From Mayamaea pseudoterrestris (Eukaryota): a stretch of 64,000 nucleotides of DNA. Position numbers and translations under genes: made by a program. Within the stretch, counting starts at the first letter, position 1; each line of letters begins with the position of its first letter. The stretch spans positions 186,001 to 250,000 of the forward strand of contig BROI01000006.1 of the NCBI GenBank assembly GCA_027923505.1. The letters run 5' to 3'. Of the stretch, positions 22,985-35,589 are shown in pieces. The notes under the pieces are model-generated. The model ran no database searches. It was given only the letters and a program-made list of their open reading frames with translations, and was not told the DNA's origin.

Positions 22985-24161
22985 TCAATTCTCCTCGCCA
23001 AGCAAATTGTCCAGGCCAGCCGCAGCAAAGAGCTTGCTCATGGCAGATGCCGCATATTGTCCAATGAGCGGGTCACCCTCATAGTCGCTCATGGCGCACT
23101 GTAGCTTGGCGTAGGCCTGCGGTCCGCTTCCAAAACCAAACCGCTCCGGAATGCTTGGCGAAGACGAGTTACTACCTTGTCCCAAGTAAACTTGATTTAC
23201 AATCACCTCCTGAAGAATCTGATGCTTCTTTTGCAATTCCACTTCAGGATCAGGATCTGGAGAAATAGGGCGGGGCGAGAGGATAAGGTTTCGATGTGAG
23301 GTTTTGACACTACGCGAATTGACAATATTAGCTTTTCGAACTCCGGACTTGTTTGTTTGATCTCTGAGTTCAGCAAAACGCATACCCACGAAGCCGGCAA
23401 CAGGCAACTCCGGTCCAGAGTACTAGAAAGAGATTCATGTATTGATATGTGTACGTCATTCACTTACCATTCACCTTCGCCGTTTGACTCTGCACCGCCA
23501 GCAGCAAGTCTGGTTCCACCATGCGCGACGACACAGCATGCATCATTTCCCGCGCCTGAACAATACTCAACGTTGGAATATCATTGTCCGCGTCAAACCC
23601 ATAGGCTGCGCCAACTAGCTCTCGCCAGGTTTCTCGTCGCGTGGAGACAATGGCGTCGCGCGTGGCATCGTCGGTGCGTTCCAAAAGACTCGACAAGTCT
23701 TGCGCATACTTGGTGAGTCCAAGCTCCTGGGCATTGCCATTGGTTGTATCAGCATATCCCATGCCTGCCAAAACATGAAGCTGCGTCGCTAAGTATATTT
23801 CAATCATGGTTTGCCACTGTCCAAGGACTGACGATGATGGAGCAGACGCGTCTTGGGAATCGGCCAAAGCTTGTAGCCGCCGTTGAGCGAGACCGTAGCG
23901 AATAAAGAATTGAGTCGCGTCGGCAATTCCTAAGGCCATGTCAGGAGTCAGCTCATCGGGAGCAAATGGAGTTGTTGATGAGGATGGTGACTCGGTTGAA
24001 AAATAACGACAAGGATTCGTCGTCGTTGCATGCGGCGCGGCGGAGCGTGACAGTTGATTTGTTCTATTGGTAGCAGGCGATACCCCTCGGCATGGCAAGA
24101 TCTTGCCATGAACTTGGCGGGAGATACTAGAAGCGCCACGAGTTGCTATTCTTGCCAACAT
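22985..24161 (-). CDS. Uncharacterised mitochondrial-targeted protein, 2 exons (intron 23257-23467)
   Basis: Presequence MLARIATRGASSISRQ...CRYFS. G|GTAAGT donor and TCTCCAG acceptor join KVN-D-PDPEVELQ in frame. Confidence 0.7.
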
Positions 24162-24453
24162 TTCGGCAGACAGTATGCAGAGAAACTAGTTTTCAATTGA
24201 CGGAAAGCAGCGTCGATTTTTGCCATGGTGGATGGCTCCGCGGAACGAGATTCAGTACCGTTAAGACTTTTTATTTTCAGTCGCGCTTGCGTTACGGTTT
24301 CGGAACGGTTGACGAAGATCCTCCGCGCTCCACCATGCGCACACAATAAGCTTTCGAGCGATCCGTTACACCACCACGATTCATTGGTATAGCCGTCCAA
24401 GCTCATCTCCCTTGCATCGTCTTGCTGTATTGCACTCAGTACTATCTTCAATA

Positions 24454-25332
24454 ATGTCAATTTCCTATGAGGAAGCTTTGTCAACCTTGCAAGCCATGTT
24501 TGGTGAGTCTTGGACTCGCCAGTATCTCGACACTGTGCTACGAAGTCAGCAGGGACACATGGAAAACACGGTGGACTTGATTCTTCGACACGGTGGCGGA
24601 GATCCGCAGGTGTTGATTCAGCAGATTCAGTCGGGCGTTGATCCGCAGCAGACGTTGACGGCGCATGATGAAGCACTGGCGAGGCAACTATCGCAGCAGC
24701 ATGTTGTAGCGCCTGCTAGTACTGCTACTTCCGGAACGTCTTTGCAATCTGGAATATCGACGCAGACGCAGCCACCCCAGCCCCCTGTTGATTCGAATTT
24801 ATCTGTTCCAAGCAGTAGTGCATCTAATGGTTTGGCTCGACAAAGCAAGGGAAATCCGACTCGATTACCGGATGACTTTTTGCGCCTGTCGTCAACGAGT
24901 ACTCCCAGCGTTGCCGAGGATGAAGCCTTGGCACGCATGCTGCAGGACGAACTATTTTCCGAGGAATTGGCTCGCAATCCAGAGTTTGCTCACTTGGCGC
25001 GTGGACGTCCCCGCACGGTGGGAGGTTTGCCCATGAGTCCAGCCACGCGTCACTTGGGTCGCAACGTTGGCATGGCGCAGCAGCAGTCGCAAGGTCCACC
25101 TGTCCATCAGCAAGTCATGGACACGATTTCAACCTTGGGTGATCAGGCCAAGCGCAATTTGCAACTATTAGCGCATCGCTTTCAGCAGCAGCGGCAGCAA
25201 ATGAGTGGAGGAGGAACTGGGAATGCAGCGTCTGCTGGAGCAAACGCTACGAGTCCCAACAATGCAGCAGAACGACGGGGACTACTCGATGATATGGATG
25301 ATTTGGAACTTGCCGCGCGAAAAGAATTGTAG
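24454..25332 (+). CDS. CUE-domain ubiquitin-binding protein
   Basis: EALSTLQAMFG...LDTVLRSQQGHMENTVDLIL (CUE); two DEALAR(Q/M)L ubiquitin-interacting-like motifs. Confidence 0.8.
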   Translation: MSISYEEALSTLQAMFGESWTRQYLDTVLRSQQGHMENTVDLILRHGGGDPQVLIQQIQSGVDPQQTLTAHDEALARQLSQQHVVAPASTATSGTSLQSGISTQTQPPQPPVDSNLSVPSSSASNGLARQSKGNPTRLPDDFLRLSSTSTPSVAEDEALARMLQDELFSEELARNPEFAHLARGRPRTVGGLPMSPATRHLGRNVGMAQQQSQGPPVHQQVMDTISTLGDQAKRNLQLLAHRFQQQRQQMSGGGTGNAASAGANATSPNNAAERRGLLDDMDDLELAARKEL

Positions 25333-25464
25333 ACAATTGCACCAACAGGTTTATTAGTTGGTAGTCGATTGATAATGAAAGTTAAATTGCATTCGTGTCT
25401 TGATGATTGTCGTACCATGACCTGGCTTCGCAATGAGCAAAGTAAAGTAGATGCTTTGCTCTTC

Positions 25465-28400
25465 TTAGCCTTCCACATCGTCCGTCGTCCGCCTCGTGAT
25501 AACTACAGCGTACGGGCTTGAAGATTTTTGGAAGGAAACGAGCTTCTTGGCGCTGTTTTGAAAGGCAGGTGTAATGAGGTACATTTTGGCCCATTCATTG
25601 AGATTAAACATGGCAATTCGGCCCTTTGCTTCATACAATTCGCAAAAGGTCATGTATTCCTTTTGATCTGAAGCAGATTCGACATCAATGCGCAATATTA
25701 GAGCTTGGTTTCGGCCACTGGTGAGTTTTGCATGAATGAATTTGCTAAACTCGCCAACTGGGACTCGAGCAAATTCACAAAGGTGAGGTGTCATCCAACC
25801 ACTTGCAAAGTTTTCAGGATCATGTTCGACCAGCAAACTAGCTGAAAATCGATGCGATCGACTGGCGACTTCAATCTGAAAACGAGTAGATCCATCGTGT
25901 GCAGTCACATATTGGTCTGGTGGTGGTATGGGTGTATTTCCAGAACCAACTGCATTGCCAGATAATGCGAGGGAAGGTGGTGGAGGTGGAGGCTGGAAGC
26001 TTGCTTTTTTCACAAGCTGTCCAAATGATGCTATGTTACGTTGCTTGGAAGGAGAAATCTCTCCTTCCGAGAATTGTGGTGACTGACTATGAGTCCCGGG
26101 TAAATCTGTTAGTGCATCAACATCTATAGTCGCAGCGGTTTCTAAACCGGCACTCACTGCTCTCTCATCGGAACTACGAGCACTGTTACCAAGTAAAACT
26201 GGCAAGGCATTAGCCACCGTCTCGTTCTCCGCATCAATGTGAGTGTGTAGATTGTCTGCAAAATCCATTTCTTGGTCTGGTCCACTAGCTGCCTCAACAG
26301 TAAGGCTCGCTTGCTGACGCGCAAGTGCCTCGGCTTGGGCCCGCTCCTCCTTTAGCCTCTGTGGAGCCAACTCGTCGCTGGTCATTCCCACCAATGCGTC
26401 AGCTTCAATATCGTCTTGTAGTACCCGCACGCATAAAAGCAGGTTGTCGGTGTCTTCTAGAGCACGCTTTAATGCACGGCCTTGATCTCGATATTGAGGA
26501 AACACTGGGTCGTAAGTATCACTGGCCGGATACATGACGTGTAAACTACTTTCGATTTCCATGGCCTTCAAAATGCAAAGGTTCGCCATCCCCGCTGAGA
26601 CGTCGACGTCCATAATTTGAAGTGAATTTTGTAACGCCTTATCGAGCAGTAGTCGGAAGTTGCTGCGGAAGTTGGCATTGTCGTCCACATCGGCTGTCGA
26701 ACCCTTACCTGCCAACATTAAGCGGAGGATTAACGCGTTAAATAGTTGGGTGCTGCTGTCTAAGATTCGAGCAGGTGCCAGAAAAGTAGACTCGGCGTGG
26801 GCCTGCAAAGTCTCACGACTTGCATGAGAGAGCAAGTACCCAGTTAAGTTTAGCTGAATACTGCGACATAGAGAGACGTCCGTTGCGTTCGGTAAAACCG
26901 CAAATTGCGCGAGGTTCAACACCAGCTCGTTAGCTATACTCCGCAGTCGCAAATATTCCATCACGCAAACAGGGTCAAATGGAGACATTCCTCTGGCGGT
27001 GAAGCCATCATAAGCAATTCTCAGCTCCCCGGACACAGTTGCGAGACGGTCTCTCCAGTTCTGAGCCCTAGCCAAGTCCTTCTGAAGGGCGTGTTGCAGA
27101 CAAGGGAACCATGAAACCACTTGCAACGTAAATGAAAGACTATTACGAACCGGTTCCAAAACCAATTCTCCAGCTTCATTTTTCGAAATGAACAACCCAT
27201 ATCTACCAAGAAAGTGTTTGGTCTTCTCGGAAAATAAAATAAATATATTTTTCGCTTCTGTAAGCAGTCGTTTTGCGACAGTGTCCGACATACTATGGTC
27301 GCTGCCATTTGTTGATGCAGGAGGAGTGCACGCTACTCGTAGACGGTCAACCCAATCAATTACTAACCGTATCCATTCAAACATTGTTTTCTCATCAGTG
27401 ATACCATGTACCCTTTCTGCAAGAGCAGCAAGATTTGCCATTGACCCTATCATAGACTGGAAGTGGCAATCTTCAGTCAATTGAAATATCTCGAAAGAGC
27501 CATTTAGTCCTTTGAGTGAATCTGTTTTCGTTCCGTGATTCTGAGTGGCAATTGACTCGTGCGCTTCAGCAGTGAGAAGACGGTCAAACTTTGGAGTAAA
27601 CGTCTCCATTGCCTCTACACTCGCTCGTATGCGGTCTTCGCCAGGCATCGCTACCTTTTTCAGAATGTCATCCTTGAAAAGATTGTCGATAAGACCGGGA
27701 TCTGAATTCGAAGGAACGTTCCCACGCGATTCAGTACAGGACGACGGACGACTGTTGACGGTACACGGAACGAACGAGACTTTTCGTTGCCATTCCGATG
27801 CTGCACTGTGGAGTTCCTTGACGCTACGCCATACAGGAGCAAGTTCACCAGAGAGATCATCCAAAGCTAGCGACTTTTCATAAAGGTTATCAAGGTCGTT
27901 CAATGAGATTCGCGCACTGTTATCAACTTCATTATCTCCGAAAACAATGGGGTACCTGGTCACGTTTTCCTGTCAAGTGAAGAGAAAGCTCCGTGTTAGT
28001 AACGCCAGATTTGTCGCTTAAAAGTTCACCACAAAAGGAATTCTTACCAGCCATCTTAACACTACGAGAGTTTTATCCAGGTCGTCGAGGATGGCAGGAC
28101 TTAAAGTAAGCCCGCGCTCATCAGGTGTGTACTTAAGGGCGCCCCGGATATCGTCAAGCCTGGCGCAAAGAGTGGTGACGACTTCTTGTCGAAATGGTCC
28201 ATCACGCAGCAGAGACTTTGCTCGCTGCAGCTCCGTAACGGCAGGCGCTTCTCTTTTTTCACCATCATCAATCAGTTGCCTTAGTTCATTGACTGTCGAT
28301 TTCAGATTGAGATCGGAGAAAGCGTACGTCCCACTAGTCATGGTAGGACACGCAATCAGCTCTTTTGCCTCTGTCAGAGATTTCTTTCTTATGATGCAGT

Positions 28401-31400
28401 CTTCAGCGCAAACGAAACATAATAGCTGGAAATAGGCTAACAGAACATTTCCTTCAATCTCATCGCGCTCAAACATTATCTGCAAAACATGATTACTCAG
28501 TGGCTGCGCAAGTGATGATGGTACAGCAATGATTTGCCCTGAATGCACTTCGATGGCGCTTAATCGATTATAGCTAGCGTAAGTGTCGCGACTTATCTTG
28601 AGTGAAAGACATTGATAGCGGCACTTTGCAAATTCTTGAAGTAGCTCAAGACCTTCGACGACCAATCCTAGCTGATGTATACTTGTGCCAGTCGAAGCGG
28701 CTATCGCATCTCTTGCCGATGTGTACCAGGATAGAAGTTGCCGCAACCAAATTACCACTTCGCGAACAGGCTCAATAATGATTCCCAACGGTCGACATTG
28801 CTCGATAAGGTCCAATCTCTCGAGCATAGAGCTATACATGGGACTTGGCGCCATCAAAAGATCTGTCACCGAGGTTGACCACTCCGTGCATGTTTTGTAA
28901 ATTAACGCTAACCTTTTATTCAACTCCTCAAATTCTACCGGAATATTATGATAGTCAGCCAGCAAATCGGAAATTCGACGCACGTTCACCATTGAAGAAG
29001 ACGCTTTCGACGCATCGTTTGGCCCTTTAGCAAACGCTTGTAACTCGTCAGTGAGTCTTTCAGCCTTTACTTTCCAAGCTGAGCTCACAGAATATAATGT
29101 CCGCAATGTGGACTCGACATCTGAATAAAAGGTGTCCAACTCTTGAGTCGCAAATTTACTGGCGTCGCTATCAGAGTCGGCATCATTCCGACAACGTTGG
29201 GTCAGCTCTGACCGGCTAGGTGACATCCCTTGGCGTAAAGAGATAAGTTGCTCGTACAGCACCGATACCGCATCAAAGGTCGGCTTGGCTCCATTGAGCA
29301 ACGAGTCAACTCGCTCTTTCCAGTCAAGTATATCTAGTCGCACACACATGTATTCCTCCGCTCTGCATAATATAGAAGTCGTTCGGAGGTTTTGTAGTGC
29401 CTCCTCTGTTGCTTCGCGAGACCTAGAATTTACGCAATCACTATTCTCAGCAGTTGCTCTTTGTTCGAGAGCAGCCGAGAAAGTGTCAGCGACTTTAATG
29501 CTATTGACAAGTCTAAGTTCAAGAGCTTGCACCCTCGGCATCATCCCCTCAACCTGGATAGTCATGGCATGCATTGCGTCGGTGTTGGCGAGCTGCTGCA
29601 ACTCGGTATATCTATTCAAAATCTTCTCAACGAAAGCAGTTCGTTCTTTACATGACTCAGCATGGACCAAATCTAGATACCAACATCGATATGCGCGAGC
29701 AGAAGCGAGTAGATTTCGCGATAGAAGCGTCGACGATGGTCCAAAAGGTTCGACGTTGTATACTGCCGAGCTTGCCGAATCGGCCAGATCAATGAGTGTG
29801 TCAATCTCCAAAATGACATCGTCTTCGGCCAGGTCGGCAACTGCTGTTCCTCGAAACATATTGCCGATACACGCCCAAACACGCTTGCCATACTCGTCAA
29901 TGGCATGTTTCTTCTGTTCAAGCCGCTGTACCGTTGGTGTGACATTAAAGTGCTGAACGACGGCTTCATTTTCAGCAGAGTCGATAAGTAGTGATATATC
30001 GTCGTACGATACAAACTTTCTGTGATCGTGTTTCCGTGGGCTGTTGCGCGATTCAGAACCTGTGCTCGCTTCGCTATCAGTGTCGTCGGCCTGCTCCGAC
30101 TCCCCAGTAGCCATTGCAACGCCGTCGCCACTGTCACATAGAACGCGACTAACACGCTGCTGCCATTCGTCCAGAGGCACCCAGACGTTGTTACGAAAAT
30201 TCAGCAGCGCGTCAGATAATGGTCGCGCAAACCACGGCATGTTTGGCTGTTGAAGCTGAGCAACAACGTTCTGTATAGACTCTTCCGACTTGAAGTCAAG
30301 AACTTCCAATAAGTCACTTGCATCAGCAGCAGCATCACGCTTGGACTGCTCCCTCTTGTTTCGCTTGGGTCGACGCGTGGGTGCCAGCGCCTGCTCGTGC
30401 TTGCGCTTCTTGTTGCGATACTGCGTCACCGCCGATTGCGACGTGTCTCGACTCTGAAATATAATCAAGAGAGCTTCACGACCCTCTTGAAGCAACTGGT
30501 CAAACACATTGGTCGATTTGCGTTCAGTTGGCGGCAGTGACTCTAATAAAGGTTTAGTTACTGTTGACTGAAGCTTCCCGCATTCAAGGTACCAAAAGCA
30601 AGCACTGCTTAAATCGTTCAAACACTCGACCAAGAATCGAACATACTTGTCGTCAACAGGTACTAGTTTCGAGGAAAGGTAAATTTGCGTTCGCGCAAGC
30701 AGCATAAGCTTGAACAAGGGGTCTCGGTTCGGATCCGACGGATCCAAGTCGTCGAATAATGTCTTACATACATCGTGCTCGAGTTTCATGAGTTCAGGCT
30801 CGTCCTGTGGCAAGCTTGTATCAAATGGCAGTGACTGCTCCCATTGCTGCACCGCTTCGAATAAGCTTGTGGCTGCTGCCGCTTGTTTCGTTTCGAAAGG
30901 TCGCCCCGATAGAATGGCTCTGGTTCGCTTGGTCCATGCCGACATGGACGGTCTCACCAGTTGCGGATTTAGTTGCATTTCGTATATCTTGTCACTTTCC
31001 CCAACGAATGAAACACTGTAAATGATTAATCCGTCTTCTTGCTGGACGTATGAAATGATGGTTGCTTCATACCAATCTTCCTCGTGATGCTTTGCTGAGT
31101 CTTGGTCATCCTCCATTTCTTTTTCGTCGGGTGTAACCTCCTTTCCATCACCACCAACATTCTCCATGCCTTTCGTGTCATTTTTTACTATTCCTTCCTG
31201 ATCTGGAGGCGATTCCAATGTTGTAACGTTGTCTTCAACCGCATCTTCCTCATCGTCGTCATCATCCGTCTCCGCCTCCCAGTAAACTTCCCAGTCACGG
31301 CCGGAAATTGAGCGGGCCCATTCCAAGTCTTGCGAGTCGTCCAGAGGCTCCTGCTGCTGCTGCATGTCTACGTCTGCCGCAATGAATGGGTCATTTGTGT

Positions 31401-31425
31401 CATCCGCCATGTTGTTGTCGTCCAT
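25465..31425 (-). CDS. Large (~1,960 aa) TFIIS-central-domain + SPOC protein (PHF3/DIDO/Bye1-like) with N-terminal Tudor-like segment; intron 27970-28047
   Basis: Two long ORFs joined in frame by GTAAG...GACAG. AMEIESSL...YRDQGRALKRALED...LVGMTSDELA (TFIIS-M); C-terminal SPOC-like YMTFCELYEAKGRIAM...MYLITP; WYEATIISY...YSVSFVGE. Start codon uncertain. Confidence 0.75.
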
Positions 31426-31704
31426 TCTCTCAAGTTTTGGCAATTGCGTGCGACCGCGTTTCTCCACCCTCCCTTTGTGTCTGTGAGTACCGGTACGATA
31501 TATAGGGTCAGGCGTCCGACCGTTACAAGAAGTGCACCCGCCGCATGCGGCAAGCCTCGCTGAAATCGACCCTCACACTCTTGGAGGCAGCCAGCGAGCA
31601 ACATCACGCTTTCCTTGTTACTCCCTTGACAACTACCTACTAGTCATCAAAATACAACAACTACCTCATACGAATAAGAGACTCCAAATTTAAAATAATT
31701 CACC

Positions 31705-33441
31705 ATGTCGTCGGCCCGCGTCAATGTGCCGGAAACGAGCATTAGCAGCACTGACAAGTACGGCACGCCCTCGGACTTGGAGCAACAGCAAATGTCCCCG
31801 ACCGCTGCTGCCAGCAGCATGAACTACATGTCTCTCCAAAGTGACGAACGCGATGGATTGATGCGCGCCGACGACGACGACAGCGATGACGACGACTCGG
31901 AGGGCAGCTCCGAAAGCGTCGGCATGTCCCTCGAGGAGCTCTTGTACAGTTCCAGTAGCTACAATGCCATTGCCAAGCCAGTCACGCTCACCATGATATT
32001 GGCGGCACTCACCGTCGTTTACGTGAACACGGACGAAACGTTGGCGGCGGGGCAAGCGGCCATGGCGCAGGCCTACCAAGTGTGGAACGTTTCAGGTGCG
32101 AGTTCGTCGAGTGACGCGCTGGCGCTGAGCTTGGCCAATGCATTGGTCATGGTGACAGTCATTTGCTGCATGACGTTTGTCATTGTCGGATTGTATCGGT
32201 TTAGATGCATGATGTGCTTGATTGGATACATGATGTTTTGCTCCACGACGCTGCTTGGAGTGTTGGGAGGAAACTTGATGCAGACGGCCATTTACATTTA
32301 CAAGGTTCCCGTGGACAAGCTTTCGTTTGCAATATTCTTGCTTAACTTTGCCATTGTGGGAGTCACTGCAGTCTTTTATGGCAAGGGCATTCCAAAGTCG
32401 GTGACGCAAGGATATCTCATCGCCACGTCTGTCATTTTGGCCTGGCACCTGTCGTACTTTGACGCCTGGACGACGTGGACATTGCTCTTCATGCTGGCGC
32501 TATACGATCTTTGCGCCGTACTGACGCCGTGTGGGCCGCTGCGAGCACTGGTGAATCTAATGTCGCAGGAAGATTCGCCGGAAATGCCGGGGCTCTTGTT
32601 CGAGGCGGACTTGCCTCCGGAAGCGAAATGTCCAGGCATTCCCAAGAGCAGTACGGGTCTTTCGAGAGCGAGCTCGACGAAATCGCAAGCCACCAGCCGG
32701 AGCCAGGAGCAAGCAGATACCGAGACGCCAGCTGCTGTGGCGGCTGCGCCTACATTGACGGAAGATGTTAATGCTAACAATGAGACGGACGAGGATCCGA
32801 TTGTGGACATTCCTCTGGCAATCGCCAAGGTTTACAATCTCGCCATTGTGGCAGTTCCGCAAAACTCGCTTCGCATCATGTATCCGCAGCGATACAATAG
32901 CAGCAACGTTTCATCTTCCCCGTTGCTACAGGCGAGCGAGGCACCAGGAACAGAAGTTAATCTGCCAGAAGATCCTTCACCGTTGCAGCTGAGGGCCTCT
33001 GTTTCGGTTCGTTTACCGAAGCAAGGCGGTCGCATTGAGCACGTTTCGCGCCGCGGCAGGCGAGTCTATCTGGAGCGCGATCGCCATGGCAACCCCAAGC
33101 GAATTCTGTGGGTCGATCGGCAAGGCAAGGTGTTTGCGGAAATGAAGGATGATGACGACGATGCACCGCAGCGAAACTCGATTCGATTGGGACTTGGTGA
33201 CTTTATTTTTTACTCTGTCTTGGTGGCCAAGGCAGCACAATATAGCTTTGCAACCTTTGCGGCTTGCATGTTGGTGATTCTGGCAGGTCTTGGTGGTACA
33301 CTGGTTTTGCTATCGGTTTACCATCATGCACTTCCGGCACTGCCCATTTCAATCTTGTTTGGTATCTTGTTTTACGTTGTAACGAGGCTGACGATTGAGC
33401 CATGGATTGAGGCTGTGCTTACTCGACCTGTATACGTGTAA
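31705..33441 (+). CDS. PSEN: Presenilin (gamma-secretase catalytic subunit, peptidase A22A)
   Basis: Catalytic LALYDLCAVLTPCGPL and IRLGLGDFIFYSVLV, plus the PALPISI motif and multiple TM helices. Confidence 0.97.
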   Translation: MSSARVNVPETSISSTDKYGTPSDLEQQQMSPTAAASSMNYMSLQSDERDGLMRADDDDSDDDDSEGSSESVGMSLEELLYSSSSYNAIAKPVTLTMILAALTVVYVNTDETLAAGQAAMAQAYQVWNVSGASSSSDALALSLANALVMVTVICCMTFVIVGLYRFRCMMCLIGYMMFCSTTLLGVLGGNLMQTAIYIYKVPVDKLSFAIFLLNFAIVGVTAVFYGKGIPKSVTQGYLIATSVILAWHLSYFDAWTTWTLLFMLALYDLCAVLTPCGPLRALVNLMSQEDSPEMPGLLFEADLPPEAKCPGIPKSSTGLSRASSTKSQATSRSQEQADTETPAAVAAAPTLTEDVNANNETDEDPIVDIPLAIAKVYNLAIVAVPQNSLRIMYPQRYNSSNVSSSPLLQASEAPGTEVNLPEDPSPLQLRASVSVRLPKQGGRIEHVSRRGRRVYLERDRHGNPKRILWVDRQGKVFAEMKDDDDDAPQRNSIRLGLGDFIFYSVLVAKAAQYSFATFAACMLVILAGLGGTLVLLSVYHHALPALPISILFGILFYVVTRLTIEPWIEAVLTRPVYV

Positions 33442-33610
33442 AAATGATTAGAAAATTGCGCAGAATAAATTGCGAAAGTGGGCAGTAAAGGATCCAGTGC
33501 GCATTCACTTGCGCGAGAATTCAATAAAGAATATTTAGTCTACTCGGCATTGGACCACAATTAACTTTAAAATCTAGGTTAAAGTAATCTAGCAAGCACT
33601 TGTAATCAAT

Positions 33611-35346
33611 TTATTTAAATAGCGCCGAAATGCTCTTCTTTGCATGGATGTTGAAAATAGCCTGGGCCAAGAGCGGGGCGACGCTGAGCTCTGTCAGCTT
33701 TTCGTTTGCTTCCCGCTGCGGCGATGTCGGGATTGTGTTGAGAATGACAACCTCTTCCATGCAAGAGTTGGCAATGCGGTCATTACCGGGTCCGCTTAAC
33801 AGACCATGACTAGCAAAGGCAAAGACTCGTCGAGCGCCATTCGCGACAAGGACATCCGCTGCCTTGCAAAGAGTACCAGCCGTATCAATCATGTCATCCA
33901 CCAATATGCAATCACAGTCATTCACATCTCCAACCAAATCCATTTGGTCAATGGCGCCGGCTCGTGCGCGTTGCTTGACAATCATGGCAAGTCCAAGATC
34001 CTGCATTTCATACTTTTGTTCCAGTCCTTCCTTAAACTTTTTGGCTCGGTAAACACCTCCAGCATCTGGACTCACAATAACAGGGTTATGAAGATCCTTG
34101 CACCCAAAGTAATCCAAACCAACGATACCTCCATCCAAATTATCCACTGGGACGCGAGGACCAAAGAAACCTTGAATCTGTCCGCAGTGCAAGTCAACGG
34201 CAATCACGCGGTCCACTCCCATGGCCTCCATGAGTCGCGCAACATCAGCGGCCGAAATCGGAACACGCGCCTGCATCTTTCGATCTTGTCTCGCATAACC
34301 ATAGTATGGCTGTGTTGAGTAAATTATTTTCAAGTAGGTGTTGAGGGCAGGAGAGTGTGAGGCGTTGGAATTGCCAAATAACACCGATTGTATCATGTTT
34401 GCCACTGTCGCCATTTTAAAACACTTACAATCACCACGGTAATTCTGCGCGCACTCGCCCGACGCAAGGTTGACACCATCAGTAGCAGCTCCATGATATT
34501 GTCATTGACGGGAGGTCCCGTTGGCTGCACAATGTAAACATCCTTGCCTCGCACATTTTCGTGAATCACAACGTTCACTTCTCCATCGGCAAACTTTCCG
34601 ACAGTGGACTTTCCCAGATTGATTCCCAAATGACGAGCAATCTCCAAGGCCAGTGCCATGTTGCCATTGCCCGAAAAGACTTTTAAGCCACCACTATGTT
34701 GCTTGGCCTTGCGCGTGGCTTCCTCGAGTTGAGCCTCGGCGGATGACATGCGATGCTCGGGAGGATTTGGGCCCATGTCAACGGGAGGTTTTCCATTCTT
34801 AATGTTAATGGAAGGATCAACAGGTCTGCTGGTTGCCTGAATGGAGGGAGCTGTCGTTTGCTGCTGGATTGGCGGTTGCTGCTTCTCCAAAGTGAGTTCC
34901 TCCACCCGAAAGGCGGCAGCAGGTTGTAGCACCTTGTCGCTTTTTGTCGCGTTGCTCGCATCTCGTTGCTGATCGCATAGCGTCAAGAGCGAACCTCCCG
35001 CAATGCCTGCAGCGGCAGCAGCTACAAGAGTCCAGGTTTGATGCCTGGAGTCATCCCGAAAGGCACTTGAAATCATTGGTGCAGCCGACTGCGAGCTAAG
35101 CGACTTTAGCGAAACCTGTTGAAAACATGTATGAGAGACGAATTAGATATTTCGTTTGAACGTGAAAACCGAGTAGAAAGTATTGGGTTGTCGTCATGTA
35201 TGTCGTTGAGTTGATTGGAGGTCCTGCTTTGTTCCGCCAAAAGATCTTGCCTCTCTCTAGCTCCTAAGCCTCATCGCTCGCTTGTCATCACTTACCCTGC
35301 TTGACAGTGCCTTTCGGCTGACTCGAAGCGCCAAACTCATGGTCAT
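33611..35346 (-). CDS. PRS: Ribose-phosphate pyrophosphokinase (PRPP synthetase), probably mitochondrial; introns 35116-35295 and 34310-34428
   Basis: [65 protein letters not shown]; presequence [15 protein letters not shown]. Confidence 0.96.
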
Positions 35347-35589
35347 GGTGGTGAAGGTGGTCAAGCCAGCGGCAGCATGAGCCACGACTTGCAAGTAGAC
35401 ATGCGAAACATCGTCGGATCGACTTTCTTGGTGGTGGCGGGCCCGTTGAGTACCGTAGCGATACTGGTAGTGGTGCGACACGCTCAGTTGACTTGTCACG
35501 CAATCGCACAACCTCGTCTCCATCGCTCATCAGCTTCTTGTTCTTTCTTTATCACACTCTCTAACGGAAATCATATACATATAGCAACC

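Noticed and set aside
19924..33441. EGF membrane protein + presenilin as a clustered Notch-like system
   Set aside because: Separated by ~9 kb of unrelated genes; no LNR or ankyrin domain in the EGF protein; proximity is not evidence in a eukaryote.
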